From NCBI GenBank assembly GCA_965205485.1, contig OZ242180.1, positions 923,016 to 987,015 on the forward strand: a DNA stretch of 64,000 nucleotides. The letters are read 5' to 3'. Made by a program: the position numbers and the translations under genes. Positions 48,453 to 58,370 of the stretch are shown here, piece by piece. The notes below the pieces were generated by a model. That model did no database searches, was not told the DNA's origin, and was given only the letters and a program-made list of their open reading frames with translations. Source of the DNA: Candidatus Latescibacterota bacterium (lineage in GTDB: Bacteria > Latescibacterota > UBA2968 > GCA-2709665). Within the stretch, counting starts at the first letter, position 1, and each line of letters starts with the position of its first letter.

Positions 48453-51400
48453 CTAACGGAAGAGTTCGAGCGCGCCGTCCTTTCGGCCCACCAGCAGGCC
48501 GCCTTCCGGCCATCCGGATGGCCATCCGTAACCGTCACTTCCGAATCCCCTGCGTCCGTCGTCCGGATCTCTCCCGAGCCGTCGAGGCTCACCACGCGCC
48601 CGCCTCTCAGTGCCGCCAGGCATCCTCCATCTCCCGCGGGCGCCAGACCGGCCACGGGCTCGACGAGAAGCCGTCGCCACAAGCGGCTGCCGGCGGCGTC
48701 GAAGCACTGCACGAAACCGTTGGACGCCCCGGCATACAGGCGCCCATCGTGGACCTCCGCGGCGAGCACGGCCGCGCCCATATCTGCGTCCCAGATCACC
48801 TCGCCGTCCCGCCCGTAGACGATCAACTGCCGGTGATTGGTATCCACCCCGCTGATCACCTCGTCCCGGCCGTCCCCGTCCACGTCCGCTACGCGCAGGC
48901 AGCGCGACCAGGAGGGAATCGACCAGTTGACAATATCCGGGCGCCGAAGGGGCTTCCCGAGCGTTCCGTCCTTCGCGAAGACCAGCGTGTGCGCGTGAAT
49001 GGCCGGGTCCGCCAGGCCGGCGAGCGTCTGACGCTCCGGACCATCCTCCAACCGCACGGTATCCAGACACACCGGCGGTCCCCACTGGCAGGGGGAACGC
49101 CATAGTTGGCTGCCGGCGGCGTCGAGCGCGTAGACATGACGGTCCGCGCATCCGACCAGTATCTCTTCACGTCCGTCGCCGTCGATATCGCCCGCCGCGA
49201 GGCTCAATACCACGCAGTTCTTCCTGGACCAGCTATCCCAGTTCATGGGCTGCCATTCGATCCGATAGGACCAGACGGTTTCGCCCGTTGCATCCAGCCT
49301 GTACACGGTCTCTTCGTCCCCTCCCGCTGCGGCGCCCCCATCGGCCAGGGCAGCAAGCGCCCGTACGCCGCCTTCGATCTCCCGTTTCCAGAGAACGTCG
49401 CCGTCGGAGTTGAACGCGGTCACTCCGCCGTCGTCGCCCGCGAATCCTCTATCCTTCCCGATATCCAGCGCCCTCACGGCATCCGCGCACCGCGTTCGCC
49501 AGACGGGTTTCGCCTCGCCGCCGGCGATCTGAAATGGCGAGGAATCGGTCGCTTCCACAGCCCGACCGGCCGTGGGCAGCGTTGCGCCGGATGCAGAGAC
49601 CTCCGGGGTTTCAGCGGTTTCCATGAGTGCAACCGTGACGGGCTCGCGGCCCCCCTCGATTCGAAAACCAGTCTTCTGTTCGACCAGCCTGAAATCCCTG
49701 CCATCGCCGACCGCGTCGGTCCAGAAAAGCGTCGCCATCCGGGTCCCCGTTCCCGGCCGGAGCGCCGCCAGGGAACGTTGGACCCACCGCGAGTGGTCTT
49801 CCGCGCACCAATAGTCCGAAGGGACAAGCTCCTGGCATCCGCTCCCCGCGTGCCGCATGTTCAACTGCGCGTCACCCTGAACCGACTGCAACAGGCCGTC
49901 TGAAAGGGACGCTTCACCCAGGAGGTGCCACCGGCACTCCACGAGAAACTCTCCCGCGACCACGGGCCAGACCTCGTCGATCACCAGAAACCATCCTTCA
50001 CGGCTGTACACGATATGCCGGTACCAGTCGCCCTGCTCAGGATAGGTCATCGACGTGCCCGCCACGGCAAGGTTCTCCCCTTCATGCAGGTACCGCAGCG
50101 CCACGTACCTGGACTCGCACCCCGGGCCGGCGCCGTCTACGGACACGCTCACGCCCGTGTAGTCCCGGACCGTCGCCGGCTGGTGGCCTCCGGCAAACCT
50201 GAACCAGGAGGCGCCGCGGCTGGTGTAACGCACGATGCAGTTGCCGTCCTGATAGGAGTGCGAGCCCCCCGAGATCCCGTCCAGCAGAAGATAGTCGTCC
50301 TGGTCCGTCCATCCGGAACGGAAGAACACCTTGTCGAACGTCTGTTCGTAGGGCAGATTCCTCAGATAGACGCCGTTTACCGGCGCAAACGTCGTGTATT
50401 CTTCGAGAGAGTCGTAGAACAACCGCGACAGGGGGGCCACACCGACCCGGCCCAACCGTTCCGGCACCGCCGCCGGCCGCCCCGTCACCCAGGTCCGCAG
50501 GGGCTCTTCGGCGCCTCGAATGGTCCGTTCCGCCGCCGCGCCTTCGTCAATGGATTCACAAAGCTGCAGGTATTCGTCATTGCCCGTTACCGCCGCGGCC
50601 ATACGGCAGTATTGTTCGGGGCCTCGTTCCAGGTTGCTGTGCGCCATGAGCGCACGGTCCACGCCCTCCAGGTAGGGCGGGCTCGAAAAGTAGTCCATCT
50701 TCCCTGCCGCCAGCGCGTAGTCCGCCGTGTTGAACAGCGAGGCCCCCCATTGATGGCCCCACGAGTCGCACACCGGCTTGTTCGATCCCATCTGCGGCGC
50801 AAAGAAGACCTCCGCCAGCTTCATCCACGCCAACCCCTCCGCGAGCCCGTGTACCTGGTGGAAATACCGGCCTCCGTAAAACAGATCGAGCGCGGAACGG
50901 GTCTGATGGTTCTGGCGCACCCGGTCCACGCCCACGCAACTGAGCAGCCCCGAATTGCCGGCACCCTCCGCGGACCTGAAGAGTCCCAGCAGCGCTTCGA
51001 GCGTCTCCTCCCGCTGTTCGGCGGGAAGCGAGGGATGGTTTTCAAGAATCGTGAACGGCAGCAGAAGCACGCGGATGAACCCGTGGATCAACGTGGGGTC
51101 CTCCAGCGTCCGCTCGAACCAGCGCGTACGGGCGAAGTGGCGGATCTGATGGCAGAACATCGACATCAACCTGTCGTTTCCCGTCTGCACCGCGAGCATC
51201 CCGATATCGGCGATAACCATCATATAGGTCCAGTCACCCGATCCTCCGCCGATGGATTCCTGCTCGATGTCCCGGTTGCTCTTGGCCAGCAACTCTTGCG
51301 CCGGCTCCACGTACAGATCGGACCATGTGCCCGGATGTACCTGGTATTGGAACGGCAGTACGGGACCGTTTTCAGTCTATCGCACCGGCCAGCGCCCCGG

Positions 51401-51766
51401 CCGCATCGCCAATGTCCTCCGCGCTGCTCACGCCCGCCACCACAACGTGCCCCACTTCTGCCAACGAATGGGGCATTGTGCGCACCACCCGCCCGCCGGG
51501 ACCCGGCCAGACGCGGTCGGTCAGGTCGTAAGCCCGGAAGTAGAGGGTTCGCAGGAACGCGCTGTCCATCATGTTCCCCAGCGCGATCACGTGCCGGCCG
51601 TCTGCATCCAGCTTATCGTCCGGCAGCACGTCCACGCGCCCGAAAGGGTCTCCTCGAGGACCGCCTTCAGACTGCCGGCCGCATCCTGGTAGGAATCCCC
51701 CGCCGGCGCCGAAATACAGACGCCTTGCCCAAGATCCGTTTCATGAATCGCAGGTGAGAATGCCAT
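48453..51766 (-). pseudogene. giant paralogue 5, with three single-base frameshifts (about 51638-51648, 51369-51376 and 48520-48535)
   Basis: The true N-terminus MAFSPAIHETDLGQGVCISAP...EETLSG lies at 51766 downward. It continues in the 87-aa ORF (VDVLPDDKLDADGRHVIALGNMM...) and then in the long ORF 48029-51310. The C-terminal tail (GWPSGWPEGGLLVGRKDGALELFR) is in the ORF ending at 48453. Each junction lies at a short homopolymer. Confidence 0.65.
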
Positions 51767-51861
51767 GGTTCATTCCTCCGTTTGATTCGAAAACCGAATA
51801 TTAATAAGAGACGGCCCTTCGCGTACCTCGACCGCCCCCATTCCGCCCTCCATCACGACAA

Positions 51862-52112
51862 GATCAACCACTATCCGGAGCGAGGGCATCCCTGCCCTCG
51901 AACTTCGCGTGACCAATCAATCCCTGAATCAGGTTCCTACGGCTTCCATTGTATCCGACGCCGGTTGTAGAAGGCGGCGCATTGCCGGACGCGAGAGCCC
52001 AGCGCCCGAAGGCAATATGCCCTCTATCAGTAGATAATCCACCATTTTCCGGAGCGAGGGCATCCTGCCCTCGAACTTCGAGTCACCCACCAAGTTCCGC
52101 ATCAGGGGCCTG
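51862..52112. repeat. tandem pair of ~75-bp units, each containing a REP-like palindrome
   Basis: atcaaccactatCCGGAGCGAGGGCATCCCTGCCCTCGAACTTCGcgtgacc... at 51862 onward and aatccaccattttCCGGAGCGAGGGCATCCTGCCCTCGAACTTCGagtcacc... at 52036 onward, about 80% identical. ORFs called here translate the repeat and are rejected. Confidence 0.6.
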
Positions 52113-52363
52113 TAGTTTTCCACGGATCCGAGACTTGATTGGAAATGTAGGCACGTAACGCAATATGACCAATGGCGAAATCCATATGCGTCCACGCTCC
52201 AAAACGAAAAAAGGGGCACCCCGCAGCGCCCCCCACCCCACGGGCCTCCCGCCCGCATCGTCCCTGTTTCTTTCTAAACCGCGAACCCCGCAGCGAATAG
52301 TCGCGTTGGGCGACCACATCGACCAGCGCCTCTATCACAGGCCGCCTGGCGAACTTCGGGCAT

Positions 52364-52594
52364 TCAACCCGTGCCGCTCGCAGGAAGTGGATTTTCCGGC
52401 GGCTTCCACTTTGCGGCGTCGAGAATCGACCAAAGATGAATCAGCCACCCCAACAGGAAAAACCACAGTACAGCGGCCAGGCAAAACTGGATGAGGGCGA
52501 TCAGGAATCGTCCCTGAAGCAACTGACCCAGGCCAGGTATAAGTAAGCTACACAAAGCCGCAAGGACGTTGCCGGCCGAACCTTGTCCGGGCAT
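52364..52594 (-). CDS. small membrane protein (76 aa), possibly TM2/NINE-like
   Basis: Start at the internal ATG with a strong AAGGAGG Shine-Dalgarno. Two hydrophobic helices around the motif LIPGLGQLLQGRF. Family assignment is tentative. Confidence 0.5.
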   Translation of the reverse strand: MPGQGSAGNVLAALCSLLIPGLGQLLQGRFLIALIQFCLAAVLWFFLLGWLIHLWSILDAAKWKPPENPLPASGTG

Positions 52595-52758
52595 GACGTT
52601 TCCTCCTTTTTGTGACGCATCGCGACGGTACTGCCCGACAGCGATCATCCGGGCGCGTTGTAGTAACACGATCGCCATGAATCCAGCTTCATTCTCCCCT
52701 AAGACTCCTAGAAGCCGTGACTCTCAAACTTAAGTGTCTGGCTACCCCCGCCTACCCA

Positions 52759-52782
52759 TCGAGGGCAGGATGCCCTCGCTCC
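52759..52782. repeat. REP-like palindromic element (inverted-orientation copy)
   Basis: TCGAGGGCAGGATGCCCTCGCTCC, immediately 3' of the PhyH gene. Confidence 0.65.
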
Positions 52783-52795
52783 CGGGAACGGCGGA

Positions 52796-53575
52796 TTACG
52801 CCCAGGCCTCGCATCCGGCGAATTGCATGTGTTTTCCTTCGACGTATTTCGGCCGCGGCACATAGTGGTTTCCGACCTCGGGAACCACCTCCCCGCAGCA
52901 CAGGATGGACCGCTGTGTTTTCCGTGTCACGCGAGTGCTGGTGGGAATGTAGCGAAGGGTGAGTCCCACGCGCCAGTGGTCCGATGTATTGTAGTTGGAG
53001 CCGTGGATGATATTGGGGTGGTGGATGGAAATATCCCCCGCCTGGAGTTCCACGTCCACGGCGTCGGCTTCATCGATCTGATCGGGGCGCATTCCGATGC
53101 CGAGTACGTACTTATCGGGATCCAGCTCGACCATCTCCGAGCGTTTGAGTAGACGCCGGGTGTGTGACCCCGGCAAGACCCGCATGCACCCGTTTTCCAC
53201 GGTGGAGTCCGTGCCGGCGACCCACAGCGTCGTCACCTCCATTGGCTCCAGCGGCCAGTAGGATCCGTCCTGGTGCCAGCGCACGGCCTGTCCGGTCTCG
53301 GGCTTCTTGGCGATATAGTGCGCGCCGAACATCGCCAGGTTGGGTCCGATGAACTGTGCCGCGATATCCAGCAGCCGGTCGTCACAGACCACGCGGTGCA
53401 TGAACGGATCGTCGACAAGCAGGCTATGGTGCAATTTCTCGGGCCGCGTGTCGGGATGCCTTTCGACCAGCCACTGCACGTGCTCGACCGTTTCCGCCGC
53501 CAAACCAGCGTCGATGGCCCCGCGAGCGATGCAGAAGCCCGTCTCGTCATATTCCTTCCGCAAAGTCGATTCCAT
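52796..53575 (-). CDS. phytanoyl-CoA dioxygenase (PhyH) family Fe(II)/2-oxoglutarate oxygenase
   Basis: 259 aa. HxD iron motif in WHQDGSYW and a distal His in IHHPNIIHGS. Confidence 0.75.
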   Translation of the reverse strand: MESTLRKEYDETGFCIARGAIDAGLAAETVEHVQWLVERHPDTRPEKLHHSLLVDDPFMHRVVCDDRLLDIAAQFIGPNLAMFGAHYIAKKPETGQAVRWHQDGSYWPLEPMEVTTLWVAGTDSTVENGCMRVLPGSHTRRLLKRSEMVELDPDKYVLGIGMRPDQIDEADAVDVELQAGDISIHHPNIIHGSNYNTSDHWRVGLTLRYIPTSTRVTRKTQRSILCCGEVVPEVGNHYVPRPKYVEGKHMQFAGCEAWA

Positions 53576-53853
53576 TCACACTCTCCTGTTATCGTGCATT
53601 ATTCCCGAAATTGTGATTTCGGGATGCGCTCAGGCGGCTCGTTGCGGCGGTTGTGCCGCCGTGTTCTGATGCCCATACAGATCGAAAACTTGCGCGACCT
53701 ATCTTCTACTCTGAGCCATGATCCAACCATGATTAAAATTCCTTATGATGTCAATCGGTATCCTGACACATACCCACGATTCTGACAGATCCGCGGGTTA
53801 TGTTGTTCGAATATCTCTCCTCACCAGAAAATAGCAGTCTTCCACGCCGCCAC

Positions 53854-53879
53854 AGAACTTTTCAGCCGATTTCGTCGTC
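53854..53879 (+). promoter_or_regulatory. candidate ECF-type autoregulatory promoter (GAACTT-N15-CGTCT)
   Basis: An AGAACTT ... CGTCT arrangement lies about 50 nt upstream of the ECF sigma gene. Weak. Confidence 0.2.
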
Positions 53880-53929
53880 TCACAAGCAGAAGCCTGCAGT
53901 AAATCCCGACTGTTCGCACCGGAGGATGA

Positions 53930-54520
53930 ATGACGGACGCCGAGTTGATCAGGCGCTTCCGCGACGGCGAGTCGCATGCCTTCAATGGTCTGGCAAGGCG
54001 CTGGCACCGCAGGTTGTACAACTTCATCCTGCGCCAGGTCGGAGACCGCGAGGAAGCGCACGATCTGTGCCAGAAGGTGCTGATCAAGGCCCACCGAAAT
54101 CTCCGCCGGCTTCGGGACTCCGGAAAGTTTTCCACGTGGATCTATCAGATCGCAGTCAACACCTGCCGGGACGAGTTGCGGAGAAGAAGGCGTCATCCCA
54201 CAATCTCGCTGGAAAGCCTGGAACACGGCGACGACTCGCGGCCGGAGGACAGATTGAAGATTTCAGCACAGACAGATGCCGCGATTCAAGTGTGCGAGCT
54301 TCGCGATTTACTAAACAGGGCGCTGCAGTGCATTCCGCACGAACAACGGATTGTCGTCGTGATGAAGGAATACGAGCAACTGAAATTCACGGAAATCGCC
54401 GCCATCCTGAACCTGTCCGTCAATACGGTAAAATCCCGGCTCTACTACGGGCTGAACAACCTTCGAAAACTGCTGGATCAATGGAACGTAAACCGGGAGA
54501 CCATCGATTATGAAATGTGA
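53930..54520 (+). CDS. ECF (group 4) RNA polymerase sigma-70 factor
   Basis: Region 2 (FNGLARRWHRRLYNFILRQVGDREEAHDLCQKVLIKAHRNL) and region 4 (FTEIAAILNLSVNTVKSRLYYGLNNLRKLL). Confidence 0.85.
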   Translation: MTDAELIRRFRDGESHAFNGLARRWHRRLYNFILRQVGDREEAHDLCQKVLIKAHRNLRRLRDSGKFSTWIYQIAVNTCRDELRRRRRHPTISLESLEHGDDSRPEDRLKISAQTDAAIQVCELRDLLNRALQCIPHEQRIVVVMKEYEQLKFTEIAAILNLSVNTVKSRLYYGLNNLRKLLDQWNVNRETIDYEM

Positions 54521-55220
54521 TCTGCCAAAAGAGGAGCTAGTCGGCTATCTCTACGACGACGTCGATGTGGACAAGAAGGCCGGCATCGAATCCCACCTGA
54601 ACACCTGTCCTTCCTGCACACAGGCGCTGGAGGAACTCAAGAGGACCGGCAACCTGCTGCGCGCATGGGCGGACGAAAACCCCCCTGCGAGCCTGGTCTT
54701 CGTGCCTGACAGACGCACCTGGTGGAATGGCATCATACCTGACTGCCTGTCCACGGGCAACCGGCGCTGGCTGGCGCCGGGGCTTTCAATGGGACTGGCC
54801 GCCGTCATCTTGATCTTGGCGGCGTTCAACCTTGAGGCACGATTCGACGGTCAGGGGGGAGTTCTCGTGAAGCTTCGGCTCCCCATGGGCGTGGGGCCAG
54901 AACGGACTGACGCGGCCAACGATGTCCCGCTTTCACGGTCGGAGTTTGTGCAGGTGCAGCAACAGTCGCTCGCCGTGATCCAGGACTGGATCGATGAAGG
55001 ACACCAACGGCAGCGCGTAGAACTCGGACTCATCCTGGACGATTTCGCCCGGGACCTGGAAGCCCAGCGCCGCCGGGACCTGCTGCTGGTAGGCCAGGGT
55101 CTACGAGAAATCGACGGGGCAACGGAAAGCCGATTCATGCAGACCGAAGACCTTCTGCACCACCTGCTGGCAGTATCATACGCACAGGCGAATCCGATCA
55201 GACCTCCCACCGTTGAATGA
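54510..55220 (+). CDS. anti-sigma factor with a zf-HC2 zinc-binding motif and one TM segment
   Basis: Motif HLNTCPSCTQALEEL. A TM segment LSMGLAAVILILAAF. Overlaps the sigma gene by 11 nt. Confidence 0.75.
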   Translation: MKCDLPKEELVGYLYDDVDVDKKAGIESHLNTCPSCTQALEELKRTGNLLRAWADENPPASLVFVPDRRTWWNGIIPDCLSTGNRRWLAPGLSMGLAAVILILAAFNLEARFDGQGGVLVKLRLPMGVGPERTDAANDVPLSRSEFVQVQQQSLAVIQDWIDEGHQRQRVELGLILDDFARDLEAQRRRDLLLVGQGLREIDGATESRFMQTEDLLHHLLAVSYAQANPIRPPTVE

Positions 55221-55241
55221 CATACAAAAGGAGCATGAATT

Positions 55242-56497
55242 ATGAAATCCTATCACGTTTTCGCCATCGCAATGGCCTTCTGCCTGGTTCTTCCGGCCCT
55301 TCCCTGCGAAGCCGAAATCGACAGGGAGCGCATGCGGCAGGACCTGGACATCATGGAAGGCATCCTGCAGAACCTCCACGCCAGACGACGTCCAGGCTGG
55401 CCGGAATCCAACGAGAGCCACACGTTAGGGGATTGTACTTCGGAGATTATGGGGTCGTATTCCTGATTGAAGAACCCGGTTCGTCACGATTTTTTTTCCC
55501 TGGTCCCAGATCCTCGCACCGTGTCACGAGGGTGTACAGAATGCAAGCTGATGGCGCTGATACGACTGACTTGAAGGCTCAACGTGAAAAGAAACTCATT
55601 GGAGTTAAGAATCAGCTAGCGGATTTTCTGGGCACGTACGCTGATGCGGTCCGGCAACTGACAGACGACGACCGTATTTCCATCCTGGTCTTTTTGAAAC
55701 GCAATTCTCCTATGCGTTCTAAACTGAAGGCTGCGTCCGCTAGTGAATCAAATTTAAGATCAGCATTGCAGGTAGTATCAAAAGACCGCCCCTTGGAATT
55801 GAAGGGAACCATTGATCCTGAAAGACAAAACAACGACACTTCTCGAAACAAGAAAGACCGGGAACGGAAGACGCAGCACTACACTGTGACGACCGAACAG
55901 TTCTACCTTGAGGCGACAACAAAAAAAAGCGATATCGTGGCATACCGCCGTGAGCGAATTAACGAGGCTCAGTTCAGGAAGAGAATTGATTATCGTGAGC
56001 ACAGAACGGACGGGACTACGATGAAAAAGATCGGAGTTATGGCTGCCATCCTCGATATGACACTAAACCAGCCCGCCCATCTGGTCCCAAACTCCAACAG
56101 AACCGCAGGCATATACCAGGAAGGGCTGGGGGCAATCTTCTTTGTGAAAGAGCACGGCGGGTATCGTAGAGAAATCAATCGAGCCATTATCAGAGAGCTT
56201 AGATCCCCTACTTATCGCCACAGCCATGGGAATGTCATCAAATCAGAAAAGCAGCTTCAGAACCGGCTAAAGGGAGACCTGATTGAGGTGGTGGGGGACT
56301 ACGGATATTCCCTGCGCACCCTCAAGCCTAGCGAATCCATCGTCGTGGACGTGCGGTTTCCGAAGAGAATGCGGAGAAAGCCATCCGATCCTCGAGGCCT
56401 TGTACTAATGGTAAAGAAGCAGGACGTAGATGCCTACACCCGGAAGGACATCGACCTGGCAGCTTTTCGCGAGAAAGTGGATATCCAGGAGTATTAG
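55242..56497 (+). CDS. hypothetical secreted protein with internal repeats, likely one gene with a frameshift near 55400-55440
   Basis: Signal peptide MKSYHVFAIAMAFCLVLPALPCEA in a 74-aa ORF. The long ORF 55217-56497 overlaps it in the -1 frame. Internal duplication RGLYFGDYGVVFLIEEPG / AGIYQEGLGAIFFVKEHGG. Lower-GC region. Confidence 0.4.
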
Positions 56498-56526
56498 ACC
56501 CGCGGAGAACTGTCCCCGGAGGCGGG

Positions 56527-56551
56527 CGGGCGCCCACAAGGGACGCCCCTA
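56527..56551. repeat. second copy of the 25-bp repeat CGGGCGCCCACAAGGGACGCCCCTAC
   Basis: Exact match to 12463-12487. Confidence 0.5.
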
Positions 56552-56680
56552 CATGCGATGAGGAGTGAATCAGGATTGCGGGCGCAGGATCGGTACGGCC
56601 AACCGTGTATCTTGCGGTACGGTCGCCGGACCAGCGCCTCCAACGTTTCAGGCGAACTGCATTGTACCGAAATCGGCGCC

Positions 56681-56722
56681 GTTATTTGAAACGCACGGCG
56701 CCGGGTTTTTTTTGCCCTATGG
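56681..56722 (+). terminator. rho-independent terminator
   Basis: CGGCGCC-gttatttgaaacgca-CGGCGCCG followed by a T8 run. A second, weaker hairpin with a T6 run follows at about 56731-56750. Confidence 0.55.
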
Positions 56723-56849
56723 CGGGCGGCTTTTTTGTATTTCGGAATGCAAGCCGTCCGGGTACCGGTTATTCCACGTGCTTTGAATGGGCTTTTTAGC
56801 TGGATCTGATCTGAGGACAGCGTGTTGAACGGGGATTTTATAAAAAACC

Positions 56850-56919
56850 TTGACAAGCCGACTTGATTGTTTTATATATAAAACAAATTATTGACTATAC
56901 AAAATAACGTTTATATTAT
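56850..56919 (+). promoter_or_regulatory. two tandem near-consensus sigma-70 promoters upstream of the outer-membrane protein gene
   Basis: TTGACA-N17-TATATA at 56850-56878 and TTGACT-N17-TATTAT at 56891-56919, in an AT-rich spacer about 75 nt upstream of the ATG at 56994. Confidence 0.45.
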
Positions 56920-56993
56920 ATCCCATTTGTTTTAAACAGAGTATTCATCCGATCCCGATTGGCAGATCAGGTACAGGGAGGGAGTAAAAAAGC

Positions 56994-58370
56994 ATGAAAA
57001 GAGATCGACTTATAGCAGGCTCCGCCGCGTCGTGGAAGTTCATTCTACTTACGCTGATTCCCGGCTTCCTCGTGTTCTCTCTCGAAACCGCCGCCGCGCA
57101 GGACGGCGCAGCCTCCGGAACGGACAGTGATGTAGCGAGCGCAGAGGTCGAGATGGCCAAGGTCGAGGCGGAGGAGCAGGATACCAGGGTGGATGAGGTC
57201 GACATCAAGGAGCTCGAGCGTCGGATCGAGTTGCTCGCCGAGGAACTCGAACGGCTGCGCAGCGGCGAGCCCGAGTACGAGATGACGCTCGACCAGGTCC
57301 GCGCGCTCGGGCTGGCGCCGTCGGCGGCCGCGACCTACAAGATCAAATCGGGCGTATCGATTGCCGGGTACGGCGAAGCGCTCTATGAGAACCACGCCTC
57401 GGACAAGACCGACCAGTTTGACTACCTGCGGGCGATCCTGTACGCCGGCTACCGGTTCAATGACCGGTTCCTGTTCAATTCGGAGATCGAGGTCGAGCAC
57501 GCCAAGGAGATTTTCGTCGAGTTCGCGTACGTCGACTTCCTCGCAAACGAGAATATCGGCGTTCGGGCCGGCATGCTGCTGGTCCCGATGGGACTGGTCA
57601 ACGAGTTCCACGAGCCGACCGTCTTCCTCGGAGCCGAACGACCGGTGACCGAGAACAAGATCATCCCGTCGACCTGGCGGGAAAACGGGGGCGGCGTCTA
57701 CGGCGCGTACGAAAAGTTCGCCTTCCGCGCCTACGTCGTCAATGGCTTCAACGGTTCCGCCTTCTCGTCGAGCGGCGTTCGAGGCGGCCGGCAGAAAGGT
57801 GGAAAGGCCAAGGCGAACGATTTCGCATTGACCGGTCGCCTCGATTTCACGCCGACTCCCGGCGTGTTCCTCGGCGCCAGCTTCTACACCGGAAATTCCG
57901 GACAGGGGGACATCGTTGTCGACGGCAGGAATTACGGCGTCCGTACGAACATCTTCGACGTCCACGCGCAGGTTCAGATGCGCGGCTTCGACCTCCGGGG
58001 TCTCTTCGCACAGGCGCAGATCGAGGACACGCCCCAGCTGAATCATGTGCTCGCGCTGTCCGGCTCGAGCGGCGTCGGCAAGAAGCTGCAGGGCGGCTAC
58101 GTGCAGATCGGCTATGACCTGCTGTCGCAGGCGTCGGGGACCGGCGACGTGGCGCTCACTCCCTACATCCGCTACGAGAAGGTCGACACACACGCGGCCG
58201 TCACGACCGGATTCACACGGAGCGCCTCCAGGGACAATACGTACACGACGTTCGGACTCGATCTGAAGCCAACACCGGGCGTCGTCGTCAAGGTGGACCA
58301 CATGTGGGTGAACAACCCCGCCGACAGCGGCGTCAACCAGTTCAACGTCAACGTCGGGTACGCGTTCTAG
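56994..58370 (+). CDS. outer-membrane beta-barrel (porin-like) protein with an N-terminal coiled-coil region
   Basis: Signal peptide. An acidic coiled-coil segment. Alternating amphipathic beta-strands. C-terminal ...VNVGYAF ending in a terminal Phe. Confidence 0.6.
   Translation: MKRDRLIAGSAASWKFILLTLIPGFLVFSLETAAAQDGAASGTDSDVASAEVEMAKVEAEEQDTRVDEVDIKELERRIELLAEELERLRSGEPEYEMTLDQVRALGLAPSAAATYKIKSGVSIAGYGEALYENHASDKTDQFDYLRAILYAGYRFNDRFLFNSEIEVEHAKEIFVEFAYVDFLANENIGVRAGMLLVPMGLVNEFHEPTVFLGAERPVTENKIIPSTWRENGGGVYGAYEKFAFRAYVVNGFNGSAFSSSGVRGGRQKGGKAKANDFALTGRLDFTPTPGVFLGASFYTGNSGQGDIVVDGRNYGVRTNIFDVHAQVQMRGFDLRGLFAQAQIEDTPQLNHVLALSGSSGVGKKLQGGYVQIGYDLLSQASGTGDVALTPYIRYEKVDTHAAVTTGFTRSASRDNTYTTFGLDLKPTPGVVVKVDHMWVNNPADSGVNQFNVNVGYAF

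Noticed and set aside
51929-52258. 109-aa ORF, and a similar ORF at 35715-35993, containing the peptide KFEGRMPS.
   Set aside because: They are translations of the REP-like palindromic repeats. The shared peptide is an artefact of the repeated DNA, not a gene family.
51767-52363. Possible tRNA or small RNA in the repeat-rich gap.
   Set aside because: No cloverleaf or T-loop (GTTCRANYC) is present. The region is explained by the tandem REP-containing units.
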